Source: Eledone cirrhosa (taxonomy: Eukaryota). From it: a stretch of DNA of 64,000 bases. Under the pieces are notes generated by a model. The model was not told the origin of the DNA. It worked only from the letters and a program-made list of their open reading frames with translations, and did not search any database. The stretch lies in NCBI GenBank assembly GCA_964016885.1, contig OZ024741.1, forward strand, positions 166,594,001-166,658,000, given 5' to 3'. Both the position numbers and the translations under genes were made by a program. Position 1 is the stretch's first letter. Each line of letters opens with the position of its first letter. Shown piece after piece: positions 24,670 to 38,184 of the stretch.

Positions 24670-24904
24670 CTCTATATACACATATACACATTTTTCAATG
24701 AACACACCCTCCCTTCCTTTAGATGTGATTGCAATCTGGGTTACCTTCTAGTTTATAACTCCATCATCTCTCACCACACCCAACCCGGACTCTTTATCTG
24801 CTCTCACTTCCATTGCAACATGTATCCCTTCATCCAAAACATCTCCACCCTACACACAGTCACTCTTTAAAACATTCTCCACCCTATAAATACCAACCCT
24901 TCAT

Positions 24905-25560
24905 CCAAACCATCCTTATCCCACCCTACATAGACTCACACCACCATTCACCTGGAACATCTCCACCCTACATATACCAACCCTTATCCCACCCTACATA
25001 CACTCACACCACCCTTCACCTGGAACATCTCCACCCTACATATACCAACCCTTATCCCACCCTACATACACTCACACCACCCTTCACCTGCAACATCTCC
25101 ACCCTACATATACCAACCCTTATCCCACCCTACATACACTCACACCACCCTTCACCTGGAACATCTCCACCCTACATATACCAACCCTTATCCCACCCTG
25201 CATACACTCACACCACCCTTCACCTGGAACATCTCCACCCTACATATACCAACCCTTATCCCACCCTACATACACTCACACCACCCTTCACCTGCAACAT
25301 CTCCACCCTACATATACCAACCCTTATCCCACCCTGCATACACTCACACCACCCTTCACCTGCAACATCTCCACCCTACATATACCAACCCTTATCCCAC
25401 CCTGCATACACTCACACCACCCTTCACCTGCAACATCTCCACCCTACATATACCAACCCTTATCCCACCCTGCATACACTCACACCACCCTTCACCTGCA
25501 ACATCTCCACCCTACATACACTCACACCACCCTTCACCTGCAACATCTCCACCCTACACT
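24905..25560. repeat. 61-bp C-rich minisatellite
   Basis: Repeated CCTTATCCCACCCTACATACACTCACACCACCCTTCACCTG.AACATCTCCACCCTACATATACCAAC. Confidence 0.93.
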
Positions 25561-25749
25561 CCCTTACCCTTCATCTAAAACATCACCTACTTTACCCCCA
25601 CCCACCATCTCCCACCCTACCCACACATCCTTCAATGAAAATATGCCCCACCTTACACACACCCAGTTCACCTGTAGCACCACCAACATTGACTAATGCA
25701 AACTCAGCAGATTGTTCTATATTTGAGAAACTACAGAAGGACATCAAAG

Positions 25750-26580
25750 TGTGCATACATACATACATGTGTGTATACATACATGTATGTATGCATACAT
25801 AATAAATACATATACATACATAATACATACATACATGTGTGTATACATACATGTATGTATGCATACATAATAAATACATATACATACATAATACATACAT
25901 ACATGTGTGTATACATACATGTATGTATGCATACATAATAAATACATATACATACATAATACATACATACATGTGTGTATACATACATGTATGTATGCAT
26001 ACATAATAAATACATATACATACATAATACATACATACATGTGTGCATACATACATGTATGTATGCATACATAATAAATACATATACGTACATAATACAT
26101 ACATACATGTGTGCATACATACATGTATGTATGCATACATAATAAATACATATACGTACATAATACATACATACATGTGTGCATACATACATGTATGTAT
26201 GCATACATAATATATACATATACGTACATAATACATACATACATGTGTGCATACATACATGTATGTATGCATACATAATATATACATATACGTACATAAT
26301 ACATACATACATGTGTGCATACATACATGTATGAATGCATACATAATATATACATATACGTACATAATACATACATACATGTGTATACATACAAGTATGT
26401 ATGCATACATAATATATACATATACGTACATAATACATACATACATGTGTGCATATATACATGTATGTATGCATACATAATAAATACATATACGTACATA
26501 ATACATACATACATGTGTGCATACATACATGTATGTATGCATACATAATAAATACATATACGTACATAATACATACATAC
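25750..26580. repeat. ~69-bp minisatellite built from (TACA)n/(ATGT)n. Related sequence resumes at 27292-27432.
   Basis: Direct inspection. Confidence 0.92.
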
Positions 26581-27290
26581 AAGAACTCCCTACCAAATAT
26601 CTGCTGCACAAAAGAGGAGGGCCAGCAGCTGACAATAAATGTAGGCTATGTAAAACAAAGATCGAGGATGTAAGCCACATTGTTGCCAGCTGCGAAAGAA
26701 TGTCATCTCGCTACTACCTCCCCATGAGACACGATGGGATAGCTAGAACCATCTGGAACGCACTTCGGAAAACAAAATCAACAACAAACGAGGAAGAATA
26801 TATTGAGACAGATGGCACTAAGGAATACTGGTGGAACCTGAATATAAAAACTGCCACCAAATTAAAGCACAACTGGCCTGATATTGTTGTTTGGGACCAC
26901 ACATTGAAAACGTGTTCTGTTGTGGAGATCAGCTGCCCACTTGATGTCAACGTTGTCAGAAAAATACAGGAGAAGGAGGACATCTACGGACCATTGATGA
27001 GGAGTTTACAAATCCAGTATCCAAGATACACCTTTAGCTTCATACCCATCATTATTGGAGTTACGGGTTATATACCAACGCGCTTGGACCAAAGTATGAC
27101 TGAACTTGGATTTGCGGACAAAAAGCGCAGCTCCCTAATTCATAGTCTGCAAATGGTTGCGATAGCTGGCACCTTCAAAATTTGCAAAACATTCTTGCGA
27201 TTCAAGGGATGGCAATTTTTTTTCTTTTACAACCTTGCCACCAGGAAGGTGGCCGGTCAAAAAAATATACTTGGAATTAAGAGAAAGAGA
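26580..27290 (+). mobile_element. 3' fragment of a restriction-like-endonuclease non-LTR retrotransposon (R4/Dong- or NeSL/HERO-like)
   Basis: CRLC...ExxxHIVASC zinc knuckle, RHD, PDIVV...EISCP and KxxxY motifs in ORF 26517-27293. Confidence 0.88.
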
Positions 27291-27487
27291 TAATACATAC
27301 ATGCATGCATACATACATGCGTGCATACATGCATACATACATGCGTGCATACATACATGTATGCATACATACATGTGTGAATACATACATACATGTGTGC
27401 ATGCATACATACATGTGTGCATACATACATGTATTGATGAGTTGTAGTGCACCTGAGCACTGTACACAATTTCATTATCATACAGGG

Positions 27488-28029
27488 GTGGTGGATTAGC
27501 AGTATCGGTAGAGGGTCGGACGCCATGCTTTGCAGCAAAGAGTTACGGCCCTTTATTGTCTGAGTTCAAATCCCGCCGAGGTTAACTTTGCCTTTCATCC
27601 TTACGGGGTCGATAAAATAAAGTACCAGTAATGCACTGTTTAATTGCTGGCCTTGTGCCAAAAGTTGAAACAATTATTATACATACATACATATATACAA
27701 ACATAGTCAAACCAGGGGACTGGTCAAAATACACTCTAAAACTCCAATCAATTAGAGAAAGTAGACCACTTAGAAGACATCTTATAAATAATTCTTAGTG
27801 CTAAAATCAAGAAAGTAATAAATCTTTATCACTTGACTTACAAAGCATTGGCAAATTTGATATTTGATTAAATCGACGCCCAGTGTATTACTGTTATTTT
27901 ATTTTATCGACCCTGTAAGGAAGAAAGGCAAAGCTAACCTTGGCAGGATTTGAACTCAGAATGTAAAGGGCTATAACTCTATGCCGTTAAGTATGTCATT
28001 CGACACTCTACCAATTCTGCCAATCCATA
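27488..28029. mobile_element. Two family A SINEs in inverted orientation (27488-27678 +, 27870-28029 -)
   Basis: Consensus matches. Confidence 0.8.
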
Positions 28030-28140
28030 TAATAGTTGTTAGACATAAATAGTAGTTGAATGTCAGGTAAAGTACCCCAGGAGATGAAAGAAAGTGGAGA
28101 AGGCTGAATACAGATTATTGAACTAGGCATCTCTTGTATT

Positions 28141-28420
28141 CTAAGGCAGGTAAAATTCCCGAGATCCATGGACGAGTTCTCTCCAGCGGTCTCTGTCCCT
28201 CATTATCGCTGCCATGTCCTGCGTCTCCGACAGACCAGTGTCTGTCCTTAGGGCATCAACATATGTTAACCTTGGTCTTCCTCTTCTAGTGTGTCCATGT
28301 AGGGGCTCCCAAAGGAGCACTGAGTGCAATGTCAACTCTGGATGTTGGTGAGCATGTCCAGCTAACCTCAGTCTCCTCTGTGTCACTTTTGAGCTGACTT
28401 TTGGGATGCTCCCATACAGC
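28141..28420 (-). mobile_element. RTE-clade LINE 3' fragment
   Basis: RRLRLAGH...LLWEP...RGRPRLTYVD. Confidence 0.8.
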
Positions 28421-28542
28421 TCTGTATACCAGGCAACAAACGATGCATACCAGAAATGTGTGGTTCAATTCCTTGCATGCATTTCTGTTTAATTTTTTCC
28501 ATCTTTAACGGTACTTTATTCAACTATAGTTATCAATTATTA

Positions 28543-28725
28543 TTTGGCCATATCGGTAGAGAGTCGGACGCTATGCTTTCCAGCATAAAGTTACATCCCT
28601 TTACGGACTGAGCTCAAATCCTGCCACGGTTAACTTTGCCTGTCATCCTTACGGGGTCGATAAAATAAAGTACCAGTAATGTACTGAGTAATTGCTGGCC
28701 TTGTGCCAACAGTAGAAACAATTAT
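28543..28725 (+). mobile_element. SINE family A
   Basis: Consensus match. Confidence 0.85.
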
Positions 28726-29072
28726 TTTAGTTATCTGCATTGTGGGATTATATGTTAAATTTTCAAATCTTTATTACTATGAAACGATTTAATAATTCTA
28801 GAATCTACTGCCAAATTCAATTAAACTGTATAAATCTTTGCCTATGAAGTTATTAGCCCATTATTGGCAATCGTGGTAGTAGTTATGGTATTGATATATG
28901 GTGGTAGTGGTGATGGTAGTGGTGATGGTAGTGGTGATAGTAGTGAGAGTGAAGAATTTGGTGGTTGTGATGGTGCTTATGTTGCTGGTGGTATGATGGT
29001 GTGATGATGATGGTATTAGTGGTGATGTTGGTAGGGGTAGTGATGATGGTGGCTGTGATTATAGCTTCCTAC

Positions 29073-29153
29073 CAGAATTCGCCATTACAGTGATCTGAAG
29101 TTAATCCTAGTTCTTTCTTTACACTTTCACTGACGTTATTCCATTCAGGTGAC
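29073..29153 (-). CDS. CAPN5: Calpain exon 6 (SPEWNNVSESVKKELGLTSDHCNGEFW)
   Basis: 81-nt phase 2-2 exon. tttctag acceptor, TG|gtagga donor. SxEW and GEFW motifs. Confidence 0.9.
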
Positions 29154-30149
29154 CTAGAAATAATGAAGAAAGATTATAATTATGTTCAGAAAAAAACTAA
29201 AATCAAAAAAGTTGTTCTAAAAGTACCACCCCATCCACTCATGGCGATAAGGATGAAATGAAAGTTGAAGAAGGTAGGCAGACTGATGTAACAGGAGAAG
29301 AAAAGAAGAGAAAACAGAGAAAAAAGAAAACAGAAAAACAGCTCTGTCAGAAATATTTGGGAAAAAAACAGACTGTGTTGAAATACACACTGGTCAAGGT
29401 TGTTTAACAAAATATATGAAATTGGAGGTGCAATATGTGGATGGACTTAAAGATAAAGGGTTGCTACCAAAGGCTAATGCATAGTAGATTCTTGCTTCAA
29501 ACAAAAAAAGAAATATACACAGATAAGGTAATTCTGTCCAGTAATTGTCCAGTAGGTGTGGTTGCTTTTGTTGATGAACTCACGAAGAAATGCTTATGGG
29601 AAATTTGGGTGAGCTGCAGAAAGTATTTAATGCATTGTGGGTGAGTAGAAATATGAGGTGTTCTGACTTGACTTAACTGGAGGGTTAGACTTAGTAGAAA
29701 TAGCAGCCAAATCACCCTTAAACTACAGGCTACCATGCTAGGCATTCTGGTTCCCTGGAAATATAATGCATAATGGGCAAGCAGAAATGTAGTGTATTCT
29801 GACTCAAATAGTTGGTTCTTACCTGTGTGTAAACTCTAAATGTTTTTATGTTTTATATCATATCATGTTACTTATTATGTGTTTTATAAGAATGTTATAC
29901 TTTCATGTTTTATCAAATTAATCTGCCCTACCAGCACTATCTCATCTATCTGCTGTCACTCTCACATCCAAACTGTGATGTATGGCTTAATCCAGTACAT
30001 TCTTTGACAACTTGTACCCCTCATGACAATGAGTGCACATGCAACTGAGTTACCCTGCAATTTATCCTCCACATATGTTAACCACACAAATACTAGTGGA
30101 GCCACTGTCCATGAGTTTGGACTACACCTACTCTCTTCTTGTCACAGCA

Positions 30150-30985
30150 TGGCACATAAAATCAGTGCTGGCATGCTGGCGTTTTTCTAATCTTTATAAA
30201 TGATCTCCTTGACCCCCATATCTTAAGATCATTTGTTGATATTTATGCAGATGAAACCACAGTCTATGGTTGTACATCCAGAAACAACAACCTATCCCTA
30301 GCAGCTGATCCCACTTCTGACTTAGAGTGTACTGTTCAATGGGGAAATGAGTGGCTTGTTACCTTTAACACCTCAAAAACTAAGCTTCTTTCTTTCCATC
30401 ACTATCAGAATGCTCCCCGAATTGAACGAACATTGGGCCTAAAATTCACTCTAGATCTCCATTGGAACTCCTATATTCAATCAGTGGCCAAAGCTTCTTG
30501 AAAAATGAGGGGGACTTTCAATTGTTCAAGAAAATATCTGACTCCATATGCAATTTTGTATCTTTATAAGAGTCAGAATATGCCGAATATGGAGTACTGT
30601 TGCCATATCTGGGACAGTGCTGCTTAGAGCTCCCTATCCAGTTTGGATAGAGTTCAGAGTCGCTTGTGTAGCCTTGGAGATAAGCTCTTCTCATCTTTCA
30701 AGCCACTTATATGCTATCACAAGCCTGGCATTACTCAATCATTATTTCCACAGAAAATGCTTTGATGAAGTTCACTCTCAAGAACCCAAAACCCAGATTT
30801 TCTCTACTAGGACCCATTGAGGCAAACCCTCTGTATTTCTAACAGTAGACATAATATTTATAGAAACGGTTTTATTCCTAGAACTGAATCTCTATGGAAC
30901 AAACTGCTAAGGGATTACTTTCCTTGCAGCTAAAACATTGACCTTTTTAAGGAAAGGGTCAATAAGTACCTCTCCATGTCATAAT
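30150..30985 (+). mobile_element. Degenerate CR1/L2-group LINE reverse transcriptase fragment
   Basis: Manual translation gives FLIFINDL, IYADET, WLVTFNTSKTK, LGLKFT-DLHW and MEYCCHIW. Confidence 0.8.
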
Positions 30986-31388
30986 TTCATCCAAACTGCC
31001 AGTTCATTTGTCATTTTCACACATATAGCAATCATACTTCCATTTCCCTTTATCATCATTTTCTCCATGTTTATTCTGTCATGTAACCAATAAACTTGAG
31101 TGACTTTAAAGCCTTCTTCTGTGGTGACCTTTAGTACATAAGGAACCATTCAATGTTCTTTGACGTAAGTCTCTGCATTCTCTTCCTTATTCTCAAAAAA
31201 CATCAAGCAGAGCATCCCTAAATTTAACTCTGACTAGAGGTTTCCTTGGATCACTGCGTCATGTTAGTGAGTTTCTTTGGCTCTATCTCTGGTCACTAAC
31301 TACTAGGTTATGTTAGGAGGTTCACAACATACTAAGGTGGGATTATATGTTTGAAACTATCTGTCTATCTCAACTTCTGGTGAGGATG

Positions 31389-31423
<35 letters not shown>

Positions 31424-31473
31424 TATATATATACAAACGCACACACATATAACTACTTTTTAAAGAACCTTAC

Positions 31474-31667
31474 CCATCACTCCATGCACCTTTCCATTCA
31501 ATTCCACCCCAGGGATTCTGACATCGAACCATATAAACCTTTTCATTTCTAAAATATGCCAGAAGAGATTTGCCAATCTTCAATTTTTTCACAGCTGTAA
31601 TACTGTAGGAATGGCCTTTCACCAGACCAACTTCCTTGTCAGTTTCTGTATCAGTTCGTGAGGCTGC
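31474..31667 (-). CDS. CAPN5: Calpain exon 5 with catalytic His and Asn (GLVKGHSYSIT...VRCQNPWGGIEWKGAWSDG)
   Basis: Manual translation. GHxYS, NPWG and EWxGAWSD motifs. tttcag acceptor, gtaag donor. Confidence 0.95.
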
Positions 31668-31769
31668 CTGAAAATAATAATAGTAAAAAGGAATTGGGTA
31701 TGAAAGAATTTAGTTACGCATATGGCCATATGGATGATGAACAAATACATACACACACACATACACATA

Positions 31770-31809
<40 letters not shown>

Positions 31810-31822
31810 CTATATATATACA

Positions 31823-32740
31823 CAGTCGAGTCCGCTTAAGAGTATATTGGATAAGAATATAGCCCGCTTAAGAGTATAGCATAATCAATTCCCGAATTTA
31901 TGTACTATGTTTTGTACAGTGCATGGGTCCGCCTAAGAGTATATCGGATAAGAGTATAGTTCGCATAAGAGTATAGCATAATCAATTCCCGTTTATATAT
32001 TTTCTATATAATTTAGTCCAAATAAGAGTATAATGAATACGGTAAAGTAAATTGGGCATATAATGTAACATAACCATTTTAAAACAATTCAAAATGAAAT
32101 GCAATGATGTCATTTATACAACCATTCTAAAAGCAATTTAAAGTTTAATATATGCAAATACAAAAATAATAATTCATTGTGTCATAAAAATGTCTTTGAA
32201 ACGCTCTGCTTTATCCATTACTCAAAAAATATCCATTACTCAAAGGTTAGTATGTATTATTTTTATACTTATAATATGAATGTGCATAGGTACCTAGCAT
32301 AACTTTAATCATTTATCAATATTTTAGATCTCTGGAAAAGAAGGAATAAATGCTTTGTTTGCTGTACGGTCCTATATGATGCAATCGGTTGAAAATTTTG
32401 AAAATTATACTCTGTCTGAGATTGAGGAATTGATTGAAAAACAAATTGCGAGCAATCGAGTGCAACAAAGCATTTTGGACTATTTTTAGGAAATAAAAAT
32501 TTCATACCAATATGTTGAATATTGCTTAATTTATCTATAATTTGCAATAATTCTCGTTGAATTTGTTGGTGTAACTTTCATTTTTTTTACTTATAAATGC
32601 ATTTTAAACGATAATAAAGCGATTTTTAATCATTGAAAGACTCAAAATAATAATACTTTGGAATATTTTTACTTTTACTTAGTCCGGATAAGAGTATAGT
32701 CTGGTTAAGAGTATACTATTTTCCATTCCCGACTCGCCTG
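31823..32740. mobile_element. Pogo/Tigger-like non-autonomous DNA transposon with TAAGAGTATA subterminal repeats
   Basis: Ends CAGTCGAGTC / GACTCGCCTG within (TA)n. About 8 TAAGAGTATA motifs. Confidence 0.6.
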
Positions 32741-32814
32741 TATATATATATATATATATATAAATATATATATATGTATATATATACATATATATATAAA
32801 TATATTTATAACTA

Positions 32815-32896
<82 letters not shown>

Positions 32897-32928
32897 CATA
32901 TATATATAAATATATTTATATATACATA

Positions 32929-33618
32929 CTAGTCTAGTTAAACTACCCATCCTTTGGACAGTTCAAGTAGCTTTTGATGTAGCTCATTAAACCAAACAAG
33001 TAAATTTGAATACATAGAAGAAAAATGTACTTTATGTAAACATGAAAACCTTAGGCACTATTCCAGCGAAATAATTAATATGTGAGCTCGGTTTCTATTT
33101 TTACAACAGTAAAAGCGCATCATAAAATAGAGAAGTGAAGTGAATAATAGACACTATTATGTACAAAGCATAATATTGTAAAAGTTATGACATCATTTAA
33201 TGTATGAACATCAAGCTTGAAACGATAAATTATACAATGTCAAATCTATAACTTAACTTAGTAATCTGTTAGAAATTGGTGGTTGTGAAATATACAAAAT
33301 AATATTGTTAGTCTCAAATAATATTGTTTGTTTCAAGTAGGAAGAGTAAATTAAAATCCGAATGAGCCGAATTACGAAAGATGACTCTTGTCTTACTTAA
33401 TCACGAAAATTCACACAAATAACCAAAACTTTTTTAATGTCTCCAAAGGCCCCAATATCGATTTTTGAAAGCCTTTGTAGATCATGTACAGGTTTTGTGC
33501 TAGAAGAAGCTCTGTAAAAAATTTCAAAGAAATCGCATGAATGGTTTAGAATATATAATCCTTCATTAAAAGTTGTCCACACACACACATACAGAAAACT
33601 TTGTCTTTATATATATAG

Positions 33619-33619
<1 letters not shown>
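32929..33619 (-). mobile_element. Non-autonomous Helitron
   Basis: 5' TCTATATATATAAAGAC...TGTGTG. 3' CTGTCC-AAA-GGATGG hairpin followed by CTAG (two CTAGs, at 32929 and 32934). Confidence 0.7.
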
Positions 33620-33652
<33 letters not shown>

Positions 33653-33689
33653 GTTTATATATATATACCCTCTGTGGGCGAACGCTTTA

Positions 33690-34090
33690 TTTTCAGTAAT
33701 AGAGAAGACCCGCCTTACCTGAAATACAAAGTAAAACCTACTACAGTCAGTAGGCGTCTCTAACAAAACACACCCCCCGTCCCACCACCCCCACCCCATC
33801 CACACCGCCCCTTTCAATGTAAAGTTATGTTGGTCCCACAACATCCAGACCGAAACAAATGAGATCATGTAGGTGTCACGACAAAAAAAAACACACAGTC
33901 CACGCTGTAATGTGGCCGTGTAGGCAACACGGTAAAAACCTCCCAGACCCACACTGTAAATGTGGTTGGTGTTAGGAAGGGCATCCAGCTGTAGAAAACC
34001 CGCCAGACAGTCCTATGCGAGCAAGACAACCATTCTTGCCTCAAGTGGGAAAACTCCCGTCCAAACCCATGCAAGCGTGGAACATGGCTG
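33690..34090 (+). mobile_element. RTE 3' UTR fragment
   Basis: Near-identical to 34755-35150. Confidence 0.8.
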
Positions 34091-34407
34091 TAAGCACAAT
34101 AATGTTTTGAACAGTTCTTTGATTCTTATATTTCATATATTTCATATAACTGCTCTGTAAATCATCTGATGTTTTTACATTGAGCTACTTAACTTACTGG
34201 TAATAAGGTAGTAATACATTACTGCCTACCACTATTTAGGGTGTATGTAAAATACTTATAACTGCATAAGGTTTTGTATTTACATAACCACAAATAGTAT
34301 AACTAATACATATATATATATATATGTTTATATATATATATATATATATGTTTATATATATATATATATATATATATATGTTTATATATATATATACATA
34401 TATATAT

Positions 34408-35168
34408 CATTGTGTGCAGAGGATATACGCAGACTGGAGAGAAACAAAGCTTGCATGCTCCGCTGGATGTGTAATAGTAATATACATGAACGGCAAAGCA
34501 TAAACGAACTAAGGGAGAAATTAAAAATAAGAGGGATCAGACGTTGTTTACTCGAGAGAAGACTACGTTGGTATGGTCACATGATGCGCATGAAAGACGA
34601 CAGCTGTATAAAAAAGCGCAGGGCAATAAAAATAGACGGTAGCCACAGAGTAGGCAGACCCAGAAAAACCTGGGACAACTTGATAAATTCCGACCTCACA
34701 CACTTACACCTCTCCAAGACAATGTCACTAGACCGAGATCTTTGGCGCTACACAGTAATAGAGAAGACCCGCCTTACCTAAGTGCAAAGTGAAACCTACT
34801 ACAGTCAGTAGGCACCTCTAACAAAATACACCCCCATCCCACTACCCCCACCCCATCCACACCACCCCTTTCAATGTAAAGTTATGTTGGTACCACAACA
34901 TCCAGCCCGAAACAAATGAGGTCGTGTAGGTGTCACGACAAAAAAACACACAGTCCACGCTGTAATGTGGCCGTGTAGGTAACACGGTAAAAACCTGCCA
35001 GTTCCACACTGTAAATGTGGTTGGTGTTAGGAAGGGCATCCAGCCGTAGAAAACCTGCCAGACAGTCCTATGCAAGCAAGACAACCACTCTTGCCTCAAG
35101 TGGGAAAACTCCCGTCCAAACCCATGCGAGCATGGAATATGGACGTTAAACGAAGATGATGATGATGA
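34408..35168 (+). mobile_element. RTE LINE 3' end with UTR and (GAT)n tail
   Basis: RRLRWYGHMMRMKDD...GRPRKTWDN. Confidence 0.88.
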
Positions 35169-35558
35169 TACATATATATATATGTTTATATATATATACA
35201 TATATATATATGTTTATATATATATATACATGTATTGAAGTTTCCGTTGAAAATTGAAAAAGTCATAGGAGTGAAGAGTGCTCTATGTAAGTACCAGAGC
35301 AAAATTTAATGTATAATAAACAATACAATATAATTACCTCATTACCAGAGGTTTCCCGAATAAGACGAATACGAAAAACTTTGCATCTAATAACTGCATA
35401 TACACATGTACAGATGCAAAGCATATACACATCCACACATACAATAACATCCATATCTACACATGCATGCAGACATGCAGACATATCTACCTAGTTGATG
35501 ATGTGTAAATTCCAATGAGAGAGTCTTGTGTCTATGTTAGAAACCGACTCTCTCTCTA

Positions 35559-35702
<144 letters not shown>

Positions 35703-36996
35703 TTATATCCATGTAGGAGAACCCCTACCGATGCGCTGAACGAGTGTGACTTTTTAGTCCAGCCAGCGACTTGAAAACTCTGGTACAAACACTACACTTG
35801 TGACAATTATTGACACATAGTGCTGGGCCCATGGTACCATGTGACGACAAGTGCAGAGAGATCTCCAGATACAAAGCAATGCCTGTGCCATGAAGCTTTT
35901 ATAGTGAGCAAAGGCACTGCACAAAGCCAGTCCCACTCTCTTAACCAAGATGATATTTACCAAAAAGAAGAACAAGTCAACATCATTGGATACCATCAGG
36001 GTTGCAGGTGTTATATCAGAGTTTTCCTTCTCCTAGAATTCTGCCTTGACAAAGGCTAAGGGGTCATCTCACATACATACATACATACATACACACACAC
36101 ACATACATACATACATACATACATACATACATACATACATACATACATAAACACATGCATATATAGATGGAAACATAGATAGATAGATATGTAAAATTGA
36201 AATAGAAGGCCTTCACTGTAACTGTTTAACCAAATAAAATAGTCTAAAAATGGGTTGTATAAACTCACAGAACACAAGAAGATGGGTATCAGTGCACATG
36301 GGAGTCAAACCCATACCTCTTGTTTGCCAGACAAGTATGCTATTATATGCTGCCAATGAAGCCATCCACCTTTTTCCATTATTTTTAGGAGCTCTTTCTA
36401 ATATATATATATATATAATACATGAACATATATATACATAATACAAATATATATATAATACAATATACTGTAAAGTGGTTGTGGAGGTGCCACGGCAAAA
36501 AAGCACCCAGCACTCACTGTAAATGAGGTTGGTGTTAGGAAGGGCATCCAGCTGTAGAAATCAAACCAAAATCAGTTCCCATCCCACCCTTGCAAGCAGG
36601 GAAAAGCAGACGTAAAATGATGAAGATGATGATGATTCCCATGGGTACAAGCTGAAGCATATAGACAATATGCCCCCACCGCAAGGTGGTCGTGGAGGTG
36701 CCACGGTAAAAAAGCACCCAGCTCACACTGTAAAGTGGACGTGTAGGCGCCACAAAAAATCACCCAGCACTCACTGTAAATGAGGTTGGTGTTAGGAAGG
36801 GTATCCAGCTGTAGAAATCAAGCCAAATCAGTTTCTGTATGAGCAAGGCATGGTCAGCCGACCAGACACTGCCCACAACAGGACAACCCATCTATCCCAT
36901 GCTAGCGTGGAAGAACGGACGTAAAACGGTGATGATGATGAATACAATATATATATAATACAACAGATTCTCAAATATAGAGTAATTTTATGTGTA

Positions 36997-37328
36997 CTAG
37001 AATTTTTTCCATACACTGAGACATGTTTATGTGTGTGCATACGTGCATATGCATACATTTATATGTATGAGTATGTAAATATAAACGTGCAAACAGACAC
37101 ACAAAAATACACACTCACAGACACATTCACACAGACCCATTCACACAAACACACACACACATTTATTAAAAAGACACATACATGCACACGCAGATCCCCT
37201 TCCTTCCTTTTACGCATACATACCTTCAGGCAGGCAGCAGACGTAAAGAGAGAGGAGTAGTATGAGGTGGTCGAACTGCGCCTCTCTCTTTACGTGTTGT
37301 GACAGAATCGCAGAAATTTATATATAGA
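36997..37328 (-). mobile_element. Short Helitron-like element
   Basis: A|TCTATATATAAATTTC...CTAG|T termini. No clear subterminal hairpin. Confidence 0.45.
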
Positions 37329-37519
37329 TGTATGCATATGTGTATATGTGCGCGTGTCTCAGGTCATTTCTAACACTGCATGTCACCAATCATCATGGTC
37401 CTTTGTCATCTCCTGAATTCAGTCTTCTTCACTTCATTCCATGTCTTCTTGCGTCCATACATATATGTATTATATTTTTCGGACTAGCAGAAAACCACCC
37501 GTGGGCGGTTTTCTGCTAG

Positions 37520-37815
37520 TCTATATATCTAAAACAGAGAATGTCTGTCTGTCTGTCAGCTCACTAAAACTTGAGAACCATCCAACCGATTGTTTTCAAA
37601 CTTTAGACATGTAATACTTATGGTCCTGTGAGTGTTTTGAGCAAAAATTATTTAAAATTTTCAATGCCCTAGGGACCGCATTAGGCGATTTAGCGTTCTC
37701 TCTATATAATTCTTAGTCTTTCTTTTTAGATAGATACATAGATATAACGTTGCGCCCTTATAATATCTCTCTGTATGTCTGACTGTCTGCATTACGTCAT
37801 TATGACGCGCTCAGT
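37520..37815 (+). mobile_element. 5' part of a non-autonomous Helitron
   Basis: TCTATATATCTAAAACAGAGAATGTCTGTCTGTCTG is nearly identical to the Helitron 1 5' end. The body matches 21367-21590. Confidence 0.75.
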
Positions 37816-38005
37816 GTGTGTGTGTATATATATATATGTATCGTAATGCAGACAGCAAGACATAGCTTTCCTTCCCCTCTTCCAGCGTCTCTCTCTCCCT
37901 CCCGCTATTCCCCCTCTTGTAGTCTGTCTCTTTCTTTCACTCTTACTCTCTCTCTACGCGCCGGACAGACAGACAGAGAAATTGCTGGTTATATATTATA
38001 AGGAG

Positions 38006-38184
38006 ATTGGCAGTATCAGTAGAGGGTCGGACGCCATGCTTTGCAGCACAGTTACGTCCCTTTACGGATTGAGTTCAAATCCCGCCGAGGTTAACTTTGC
38101 CTTTCATCCTTACAGGCTCGATAAAATAAAGTACCAGTAATACACTGGAATAATTGCTGGCCTTGTGCCAAAAGTAGAAACAAA
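38006..38184 (+). mobile_element. SINE family A
   Basis: Consensus match. Confidence 0.85.

Noticed and set aside
24813-26680. His/Pro/Thr-rich and MYVC-rich long ORFs
   Set aside because: Translations of the 61-bp and 69-bp minisatellites.
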